Of a stretch of DNA of 64,000 nucleotides, positions 21,465 through 28,391 are shown in pieces (within the stretch, counting starts at the first letter, position 1; every line of letters begins with the position of its first letter). The notes beneath the pieces were generated by a model. That model was not told where the DNA came from and searched no databases. It was given only the letters and a program-made list of their open reading frames with translations. The stretch lies in assembly GCA_963718615.1 (NCBI GenBank), contig OY970368.1, positions 5,760,001-5,824,000 on the forward strand, read 5' to 3'. The position numbers and the translations under genes were made by a program. This DNA is from an uncultured cyanobacterium (GTDB lineage Bacteria; Cyanobacteriota; Cyanobacteriia; PCC-9006; JAAUQQ01).

Positions 21465-22136
21465 GTGAAGAGATCGGTTTGGGCCAAAACTGGGACGACA
21501 GTAAGTTTAATCGGGGTCCTGGGTTTGAGCACCCTGCCCTGCGTCAGCTGGGCTCAATCGCCCCCGGCTTCCCCGGCAGAGCGCGATCGCCAACTGCGTC
21601 GGGCTGATATTTGGCAGGCCGTTCACCAACAGTTGCCCGATCTGCCCCTCGAAAATCAATACATCAGTCGCGAAACGGGCCAGCGCTCGGAAGACAATAC
21701 CCTGGTGCGCCGGTTGATTGCCTACCACACCACCATCAAGGGGCGATCGCCGTTCTATCGCTTGGATTGGAAATTCACCCTCGCAGACTATCTGGGGGTC
21801 AATGAGAGCCTAGATCCGAGCCTGTATCCTAACGCAACTCAGCTTACCCAAAGTCCCATGGTGGGCGATCGCCAAGCCCTCAGCCGCCTCAACCGCGCCC
21901 AGCGAGATGCGTTAATCAATACGTTGGTGCGTTTGTATAACCCCAAGAGTCCGGCGATCGCACCGGTTACCCTACCCGAAGTCTTGCCGATTACCCCTGC
22001 TCCAGGAAATTCGCAATCCTCACCCCCGCTCTCCTCACCCCCGCTCTCCCCAGCCCCCCCCAGTAATCCTCCAAGTCTAGCGCCGTTACCGGAACCCGGC
22101 GATGCGGATTTGCTCCGACCTCGATCTGGGGGTTGA
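21465..22136 (+). CDS. Conserved exported hypothetical protein with Pro-rich tail
   Basis: Signal peptide; LPLENQY...RLI.YH..KGR.P.YRLDWK.TLADYLG pattern. Confidence 0.75.
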   Translation: MKRSVWAKTGTTVSLIGVLGLSTLPCVSWAQSPPASPAERDRQLRRADIWQAVHQQLPDLPLENQYISRETGQRSEDNTLVRRLIAYHTTIKGRSPFYRLDWKFTLADYLGVNESLDPSLYPNATQLTQSPMVGDRQALSRLNRAQRDALINTLVRLYNPKSPAIAPVTLPEVLPITPAPGNSQSSPPLSSPPLSPAPPSNPPSLAPLPEPGDADLLRPRSGG

Positions 22137-22139
22137 TTC

Positions 22140-22500
22140 ATGTTGGTTAAAGAAGGCCCAGGCTGGCGGCTGGGCTGGAACCCGGAGGCAGCCGTTTATG
22201 TGGGCTTGGTGGCTGGGGCAGATTGGGCCTTTGAGCTGACGGAGTTGGAGCTGGATGATTTTTGTCGGCTGCTGTTGCAGTTGGCGGAGACGATGGCGGC
22301 GATGGCTCAGGAACTGATGGAGGAGGAGCGGCTCTGTTGTGAGGCAGAGAGCGATCGCCTTCTGGCTCGAAGCGGAGGGCTTCCCTGATGCCTATGGCGT
22401 TCGGCTGATTGTCTTGACGGGCCGGGGTGCGGAAGGGGGCTGGGAGGCTGCGGCTGTCGCGGGTTTAGTAGGGGCGGCGCGGGCGCTGAAGACGTTTTAG
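22140..22500 (+). pseudogene. DUF1818 family protein interrupted by a one-base frameshift at ~22360
   Basis: Frame 1 gives GWRLGWNP...CEAESDR. The shifted frame continues WLEAEGFPDAYGVRLIVLTGRGAEGGW...ALKTF*, the typical family C-terminus. Confidence 0.8.
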
Positions 22501-22565
22501 CGCCGGATCGGAGTCCCCGGAGGCATCGAAATCTGCAAATTTCTTGTGTTTTGGTAACGCCTCTA

Positions 22566-22574
22566 TGTTAGGAT
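22566..22574 (+). promoter_or_regulatory. Possible extended -10 promoter (TGnTAGGAT) for tRNA-Pro
   Basis: Lies 13 bp upstream of the tRNA; motif match only. Confidence 0.4.
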
Positions 22575-22587
22575 GAAACCTCGGTAA

Positions 22588-22661
22588 CGGGGCGTAGCGC
22601 AGCTTGGTAGCGCACCACTTTGGGGTAGTGGGGGTCGCAGGTTCAAATCCTGTCGCTCCGA
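22588..22661 (+). tRNA. tRNA-Pro(GGG)
   Basis: Acceptor CGGGGCG/CGCTCCG; D-arm GCGC-AGCTTGGTA-GCGC; anticodon arm CCACT-TTGGGGT-AGTGG; T-loop GGTTCAAATCC. Confidence 0.97.
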
Positions 22662-22667
22662 TTCATG

Positions 22668-22694
22668 GAAAACCCGCTCATAGAGCGGGTTTTC
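22668..22694. terminator. Bidirectional intrinsic terminator after the tRNA
   Basis: GAAAACCCGCTC-ATA-GAGCGGGTTTTC. Confidence 0.85.
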
Positions 22695-22782
22695 TTGTAT
22701 TTAGCCTGAGAAATTCTCTTCGCTTCATTCTCATTAAGCTTTAGCTGTTGGACGTTTTTAGGTAGTTTTTGGGCTTTTATTG

Positions 22783-23029
22783 TTGACGCTCATCCACCCA
22801 ATCGCTCGGCGATATGGATGGAGATTCTTGTTTCACAGACTCTTGGCTAGATAACAGCACATTCATGCCGCTACCCCCGCTAGACCGTCTCCACAAGCCT
22901 TTTCTTGAACCGTGCGCCCCACGGCCCTTTGTTTGATTACAATTGCACTCGCAATATCTCGGGGCATTGCTGAGAAGTTCCACGGGCATCCACTTTTAGG
23001 TACCCCTTCCCCCGCTTAAAACAGACCAC
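22783..23029 (-). mobile_element. tnpB: IS200/IS605 remnant: tnpB 3' fragment with internal deletion, omegaRNA region and right end
   Basis: Minus strand encodes VCFKRGKGYLKVDARGTSQQCP, then in another frame RDIASAIVIKQRAVGRTV. Further on are QESVKQESP, an imperfect subterminal hairpin and terminal ...GCGTCAA. Confidence 0.75.
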
Positions 23030-23345
23030 AGTTCCTGTGGCGGGAGAGGATTTGAGAAATTTATCGATTGCGTCAATACAATCCTGTTGTTGCTCTAGCT
23101 CATCCAAACCATCCAACAGCAGCAAAACCTGCGCCCCCTCAACCCAGCGCTTCCCCACCACCTTCGGAACCGTCTCCACCTCATACAACTGCTCCACCAG
23201 CCACTCCCCCAGCGGCTTCCCGTTCCAAGCCGCCAGCTCAAAAATTACCGGAATTGGCAGCACCTCATCCTCGATCGCAGCCCGCAGCAAATCATCCGCC
23301 AGCCCCAGCAGCTCCGTCGTCTTGCCCGAACCCGGTTCTCCTAAA
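23021..23345 (-). pseudogene. NACHT NTPase fragment, fused to the tnpB remnant
   Basis: LGEPGSGKTT Walker A, PIPVIFELAAW, LLLLDGLDE Walker B; no N- or C-terminal domains. Confidence 0.8.
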
Positions 23346-23547
23346 CAGTATAAATACGTAAATATCAGTATTCTCCGGAGCATGATGTTTATGCGTCGTA
23401 TCTTGTGATAACCCTTTCGGCATTATCAGGCTAGTGCTAGTACAGGCAGTCTACATGAAGTTCATTAAACATTTCTAATGAGCAACTAATTTTTTACTTT
23501 CGCCATCTTTTGACCTACATCACTTACGATTTACCCAAAATAGAGTC

Positions 23548-24120
23548 ATGGTAAAGCCATCTTCTAGAAAACCTCGTTCTTCCAGCAGCAAAAGTAAGAA
23601 ACGGCCAAATATTAATCAGGTCCGTACAAAGATTCGTGCGATCGCCACAGAGCACGGTTACAACGAAGAGATTCTCCTAAGTTTTGCTGAGTATCTCAAT
23701 GGCGGCCCTTACAAAGCCGTTGAGCTGAGCATGGCGGATCTGAAGGCTGAGGTGATCAAGACATTCGGCTGTTCATCCTATGCAGAGCTGAAAAAAAACG
23801 GCAATTTTCAGATGTTTGTGAGTGATAACAAGCTGAAGATGAATAGCAAAGCTGCTTGGCTGAAGGTCTACCGAAAGTTTGTAGGTTTACCCAGCAGCGA
23901 AAAGGATGCAATCGGTGCAACATCGATTAACGGTGTAGATGTGATGAGAAACTTCCTGCCCTGGAAAGTGTTCAACCTGGATCCAAAACAAGCCAGCGCC
24001 TCAGATGTTAAGCAAGCCTTCAATCAGCTTGCAAAGACGCACCACCCAGACTATGGCGGCAATCCAGAAGTTTTTGAAAAGTTGAAAAACATGCGCGATA
24101 GTCTGCTTGCAGCTTACTAG
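23548..24120 (+). CDS. Protein with basic N-terminal region, unknown middle domain and C-terminal J-domain
   Basis: PWKVFNL...DVKQAFNQLAKTHHPDYGGNPEVFEKL with intact HPD. Confidence 0.85.
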   Translation: MVKPSSRKPRSSSSKSKKRPNINQVRTKIRAIATEHGYNEEILLSFAEYLNGGPYKAVELSMADLKAEVIKTFGCSSYAELKKNGNFQMFVSDNKLKMNSKAAWLKVYRKFVGLPSSEKDAIGATSINGVDVMRNFLPWKVFNLDPKQASASDVKQAFNQLAKTHHPDYGGNPEVFEKLKNMRDSLLAAY

Positions 24121-24132
24121 GAGGAGAGCACT

Positions 24133-25131
24133 ATGGGAAAATGCAATATCACAGATCAAGAGTTGGCAGAAGCTCTCGATATCACCCTAGACAAGCTTTA
24201 TGACATTTGCGATATTTTTGATGCCGATCCGAACGACGAATGGGAACTTAAAGAAGGTATTCATTTCAAAAAGGCTCCTCATCAAGCCAGAAGCTTTAGC
24301 CCAGAAGGGGCTGTTGAAATTTGCAATTATCTAGAGGAGAATCATCAAGAGCGTCCTGTCTTTAATCGCTTTAAGCGGTGGATGTTGAGGCGCGATCGCC
24401 GTCTCAAAGGTTTGATGGTTACTAAAAAAGTAACCGAATCCGTTGAGGTTGAAGGTCAACTCATTTTTGTCAACAACCGAGCTTTTCTTGGACCTCGTGC
24501 CTGCCGAAGCATTCTCCAGCTTGGTACTCGCCAAGATGTGCTGAATCGAACCTTTCAGCAAATTCAGCGATCTGAGAACACCGAGATTGAGCCAATGCAG
24601 CTCGGCTCTGACTTCTATGACGATTCTGAGCAGCTCTTCCTGAGCCGTTCAGGCATTGCCGTAGTGGGTAAACATCTTGGAACAACGCTCAGCCAAAAGC
24701 ATCGCCAGGAATGGTCAAAGGTTGTTGCAGAATATGCTCCTAAAGCAATTGAATCTATCGAAAAATGTGAAGCTGAAAAGCAAAAACGAATTCAGGCTGC
24801 TATGAATCGTGTACGCAAGCAGGCAAAATCAACCTGTCAAATTACAGACAGGAAATGCAAGATTCACAAAATTAACTTAGAAATTCATCACTTATACGAT
24901 AAAAACAAGTACCCAAATTTAGCTGATATAGATGCAAACCTAATTGCAATTGATGGTAATATCCACAAGCATTTTCATCAGTGGATGGGAGGAACGGATA
25001 AATCTTGCACAATTGCAGATATGGAAAAATATATTGAAGAGTTTGGAGACTCCCTTTTTCAAGATAACGTAGGCTTAGCGGCTGATGTTGCGCTCAAGCT
25101 TTCTCAGCTCAGAAGAGCTATTTCGACCTGA
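24133..25131 (+). CDS. Putative HNH endonuclease with two N-terminal ORF6N/AntA-like repeats and a coiled-coil linker
   Basis: CQIT...LEIHHLY...NLIAIDGNIHKHFH C-terminus; strong SD GGAGGAG in the 12-bp gap after the J-domain gene. Confidence 0.75.
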   Translation: MGKCNITDQELAEALDITLDKLYDICDIFDADPNDEWELKEGIHFKKAPHQARSFSPEGAVEICNYLEENHQERPVFNRFKRWMLRRDRRLKGLMVTKKVTESVEVEGQLIFVNNRAFLGPRACRSILQLGTRQDVLNRTFQQIQRSENTEIEPMQLGSDFYDDSEQLFLSRSGIAVVGKHLGTTLSQKHRQEWSKVVAEYAPKAIESIEKCEAEKQKRIQAAMNRVRKQAKSTCQITDRKCKIHKINLEIHHLYDKNKYPNLADIDANLIAIDGNIHKHFHQWMGGTDKSCTIADMEKYIEEFGDSLFQDNVGLAADVALKLSQLRRAIST

Positions 25132-25250
25132 CACAATAATTAGACAGTAAAAAATGCCCGATGTGTCTTGGATGAAACTTAGTGGACTCAACGCCATCAG
25201 CCTTGTACTCAAGCTTTCTAGGTCTAATAGGACAAATATGGTGCTCGCCT

Positions 25251-25598
25251 CTAAATCGGCACAAACTCAACCCGATTGGCCAAATCTTCAGATTCACAGG
25301 CCCGAGCAATCAGCTCTAAATCTCGAATGCAATCGCCGATGCTGCCGCTCTGCTAATGAGAATAGATGACACCAGAAAACATTTTGCCAAATTGCTGATA
25401 GTCATAGGCGATCGCCAACATGTCATCATCCCGAGAAAACAAAACCCTTGAGAGCTTCGTAGCTCGCTCAATGACCTCTGGATCCGATGAGCCTGTCTTG
25501 CCATCTTCCTGAATCGAAAGCGCATCAACCTGGCGCAGCTTCAATCCCGTTGTGATTTGGCGCGGCACATTCTCATCCATATAAAACTTGACAGTCAT
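25251..25598 (-). pseudogene. DUF5615 PIN-like toxin with premature in-frame TAG at 25355-25353
   Basis: FYMDENVP...SRDDD.L; the frame continues after the stop as QSGSIGDCIRDLELIARACESEDLANRVEFVPI*. Confidence 0.85.
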
Positions 25599-25894
25599 GA
25601 CAGCAGCCCTTTGTCCTTGAGCATTGCGACAATCGCCGACGCCCCCACGCTCTCCCGCAATGCATCGACTCGCTGCGATCGCCGCTCAATATCCCGATCC
25701 AGCTCTTCCTTATGATCCCAGTAATAGGACAGCGCCGAATAAACCTTGCTCAACGACACATGGGGATACTGAAAATGCAGCTCCTCCGGGCTCCAACCAT
25801 AGGTGAGGTGAGACACAACTAGCTCCACCAGCTTCATCGTCGTACCTTCGATCACGAGCTGGATGTATTTATATTGTGTTGCGATCGCAGTCAT
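25595..25894 (-). CDS. DUF433 antitoxin (apparently with a short N-terminal deletion)
   Basis: IEGTTMKLVELV...GWSPEELHFQYPH.SL.KVYSALSYYWDH; ATGA overlap with the toxin start. Confidence 0.82.
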   Translation of the reverse strand: MTAIATQYKYIQLVIEGTTMKLVELVVSHLTYGWSPEELHFQYPHVSLSKVYSALSYYWDHKEELDRDIERRSQRVDALRESVGASAIVAMLKDKGLLS

Positions 25895-26022
25895 GACCAC
25901 TTCCCTCCCTAGCACTCTCAAGTACACTTTAGCCCTACTCTAAGCAATCATCCTGGAGAGCCACAGAAAACCCAACGTCGTACCATAGAACCAGAACACC
26001 GCCCTCTTCCCGGACTTGTTCC

Positions 26023-26110
26023 ATGCTCTCCACCCCCCCTGCCATCGGGCACCGCCGAGGCCGACCTCTACCCCGACTCAGACGGCAATCCCATGGCCGA
26101 TAATACCAAG
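26023..26110 (+). pseudogene. Uma2-family endonuclease 5' stump (frameshifted, truncated by a REP-like repeat)
   Basis: Encodes DLYPDSDGNPMADNTK, the characteristic Uma2 N-terminus, then switches to repeat sequence. Confidence 0.7.
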
Positions 26111-26187
26111 CCAACCTACGACGGAACCAAGGCGTTGGGTTTCATTCTTCAACCCAACCTACGCAGGTTATTAAATTCACGATCCTA
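26111..26187 (-). repeat. REP/MITE-like element end, second copy of 1281-1341
   Basis: CCAAGGCGTTGGGTTTCATTCTTCAACCCAACCTACGCAGGTTATTAAATTCACGATCCTA. Confidence 0.75.
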
Positions 26188-26198
26188 TCCCACAGCAA

Positions 26199-27215
26199 TT
26201 ATTCCGCTTTGCCCTGCAAATCCGCGCGGGAAAGGCCAAGCCTCAGGGCGATCGCCAACCCCAACAACGGCGTAATCCCATACATCAGGAGCCGCAGCAA
26301 CAACGCCGCCGCGATCGCCTCCGCCGCCCCCACCTCATACAGGCCCAACCCCAGCCGCACCGCCGCCTCAAAGGGACCGACAAAACCAGGCGAAGAGGGC
26401 AGGGCGATCGCAAAGGCCGTAAGCGATTGGGTGGCGATCGCCCCCAGCCATCCCGGTGCCGTAATCCCCAGCGCCATCAACACCGCCCAGTAGGTAATAC
26501 CATTCAGTAGCCAAGACAGCGTTGAAGCCCCCAGGGCTCCTAAAAACCGCAGCGGTTGCCGATAAACGCTCAGTCCTCCCAAAATTCCAGTTAAAATCTG
26601 TTCGATCTTGCTGCGCCAACGGCTTAGCTTTAAGGTTGTGAGCGATCGCCCCACGCCCGCCACGATCGGCTTAGGATACCGGGCCAAGACCCAGAAAAGA
26701 CCAACCATCCCACCAATCACACCCGCCATCAGTCCTAAGGGCAACTGTTCAGCCAGCTTGGGTTGACGGGCGAGAGCGATCGCCAAGAGCACAAACACCA
26801 CCAGCACATCCATCAGTTTTTCGCCCAGGACGCTGCCGAGGGCCGGTTGCACGGGCACCTGGGCAAGGCGATTGAGCAAGACGGCGCGGACGACTTCCCC
26901 CGCAGAAGCAGGTAGGATGCTATTGGCGGCATAGCCGACGAAGAAGGCATCAAAGCGATCGCGAAACCGACCGGGCCAGCATTCCGCCGCCAGCAAAAGT
27001 CCCCAGCGCCAAGCCCGCAGCCAAAACACGCCTAGGTACGCTAAGAGTCCGATCAGCAACCAGCCAATATGGACCTGACGCAGGGTTTGTCCCAGGGCCG
27101 GTAACGACAGATCCCGTAGAGACCAGTAGAGGAGGCTGAGGGTGATGGCGGTGGCGATCGCCCAGGACAACCCTTTGCGCCAAGGCGAAGAAACATGATT
27201 TTTCATGGGGTCCAA
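26199..27215 (-). CDS. Lysylphosphatidylglycerol-synthase-TM / flippase-like membrane protein
   Basis: LRAWRW, N.ILPA.AGEV.R, P.SPG.VG.FE motifs. Confidence 0.85.
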   Translation of the reverse strand: MDPMKNHVSSPWRKGLSWAIATAITLSLLYWSLRDLSLPALGQTLRQVHIGWLLIGLLAYLGVFWLRAWRWGLLLAAECWPGRFRDRFDAFFVGYAANSILPASAGEVVRAVLLNRLAQVPVQPALGSVLGEKLMDVLVVFVLLAIALARQPKLAEQLPLGLMAGVIGGMVGLFWVLARYPKPIVAGVGRSLTTLKLSRWRSKIEQILTGILGGLSVYRQPLRFLGALGASTLSWLLNGITYWAVLMALGITAPGWLGAIATQSLTAFAIALPSSPGFVGPFEAAVRLGLGLYEVGAAEAIAAALLLRLLMYGITPLLGLAIALRLGLSRADLQGKAE

Positions 27216-27217
27216 TG

Positions 27218-27262
27218 GTAGGGGCGCGCATTCCGCGCCCGGTGCAAGCGCATTCCGCGCCC
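27218..27262 (+). repeat. GTAG-type REP palindrome with partial duplication
   Basis: GTAG-GGGCGCG-CATTC-CGCGCCC followed by a second GCGCATTCCGCGCCC. Confidence 0.65.
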
Positions 27263-27278
27263 AATTTATCAGGAACCA

Positions 27279-28289
27279 TCAATGGGTCGTGTTCGCCAAT
27301 TGGGCCAATGGCGTTGCCTGGGGCCGAGCATCCACCAATCGCAACCGCTGTGCCGCAATGCGCTGGGCATGTTGGCCCATGGGCAGAACGGTAAAGTGCT
27401 TTTGCAACAGCGTGAGGGTATCGTGCAGAACCTGGCGTTTTTTCTCCCAGGGTAAATTCATCGCCGGGAAGAAGGCCAGTTCGTTGACATCGGTGCCATC
27501 GAGAAAGTCGAGTGGATGCATCAGCAACGAGGGCTGGGTGCCGGTGATGCGGCAGAGCAGAAGAGCGATGCGGAAATAGAGCCGTGCCAGGAAAGGCGAA
27601 AACACGGCGAGGTAGAGAATATAGCTAAAGTGGATGGGGATTTTGAAAATCGGCATAGTTGTCACAGGAACTTCCAGCAAACTGGGCTTGCCCTCAGATC
27701 GCCAGCGGTAGGGCTTGAGTGGTTGCAGGCCATCGCGGAAGCCGCCGAACAGCGCTTTGCGTTTTTCCCGTTCTTCGGGCGTCAGTTTAGCGGTCATGAA
27801 ATAGTAGGCGCGGGCTAGGGGTCCCAAGTAGCTAGGAAACGTCGAGGCATCGTACTGATAGCCGCGCCGTGCCAAGACCCGCAGGACCGCCGGGGAAAAA
27901 CTATAGCCCGGTCCCCGAAACCCAATGGGGCGTCGTCCGGTCACCTTTTCGATCGCTTTTTCCGCCTGTTCAATTTCCTGTTCGATTTCGGCCTCGCTGT
28001 AAAGATGCAGCCAGGATTCGTGGTGGAATGAGTGGTTGCCAATTTCGTGGCCAGCGGCGGTGATGCTGGCGATCGCCCGATGGTTTTTCTCCAACGCCGC
28101 GTCTTGGCCAACGATGAAATAGGTAATCGTCAAATTGCGCTCCTGGAGGAATTGGAGCGATCGCGGCACGATAATGTCCAAATAGGACGGAAACGATTCC
28201 CAGCCCGCATCCCCATGGATTTTCATGTAGGACCACTGGTTATCGAGATCGAGGGAAAGGCTAGCCAAAGGGCGAGAAGCAGGTTTCAT
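27279..28289 (-). CDS. Polysaccharide deacetylase (CE4/ArnD-like)
   Basis: SLSLDLD, GHEIGNHSFHH, GFRGPG, YDAS, LMHP.D. Confidence 0.85.
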   Translation of the reverse strand: MKPASRPLASLSLDLDNQWSYMKIHGDAGWESFPSYLDIIVPRSLQFLQERNLTITYFIVGQDAALEKNHRAIASITAAGHEIGNHSFHHESWLHLYSEAEIEQEIEQAEKAIEKVTGRRPIGFRGPGYSFSPAVLRVLARRGYQYDASTFPSYLGPLARAYYFMTAKLTPEEREKRKALFGGFRDGLQPLKPYRWRSEGKPSLLEVPVTTMPIFKIPIHFSYILYLAVFSPFLARLYFRIALLLCRITGTQPSLLMHPLDFLDGTDVNELAFFPAMNLPWEKKRQVLHDTLTLLQKHFTVLPMGQHAQRIAAQRLRLVDARPQATPLAQLANTTH

Positions 28290-28348
28290 AGGGTCTTGAA
28301 GAAAAAAGGTTAAAAAACAAAAGGTCAAAACAAAAGGTTCGGGGTTAC

Positions 28349-28391
28349 AGAGGCGTTAGAGAGGCGTTAGAGAGGCGTTAGAGAGGCGTTA
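28349..28391. repeat. Tandem repeat, 11 bp x4 (AGAGGCGTTAG), starting at the GT-C stop
   Basis: Read directly. Confidence 0.95.

Noticed and set aside
22350-22390. Programmed ribosomal frameshift in DUF1818
   Set aside because: No slippery heptamer or obvious stimulatory structure.
25353-25355. Programmed amber readthrough (pyrrolysine) in the PIN toxin
   Set aside because: No pyl genes here and the context is decaying; a nonsense mutation is simpler.
25154-25369. 71-aa ORF as a third gene of the J-domain/HNH operon
   Set aside because: Half of it overlaps the antisense tail of the PIN pseudogene and it shows no recognisable motif; it cannot be fully excluded.
22640-26200. Integrative element or prophage bounded by a tRNA 3'-end duplication
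   Set aside because: No second copy of the tRNA 3' end, integrase or phage gene was visible by eye.
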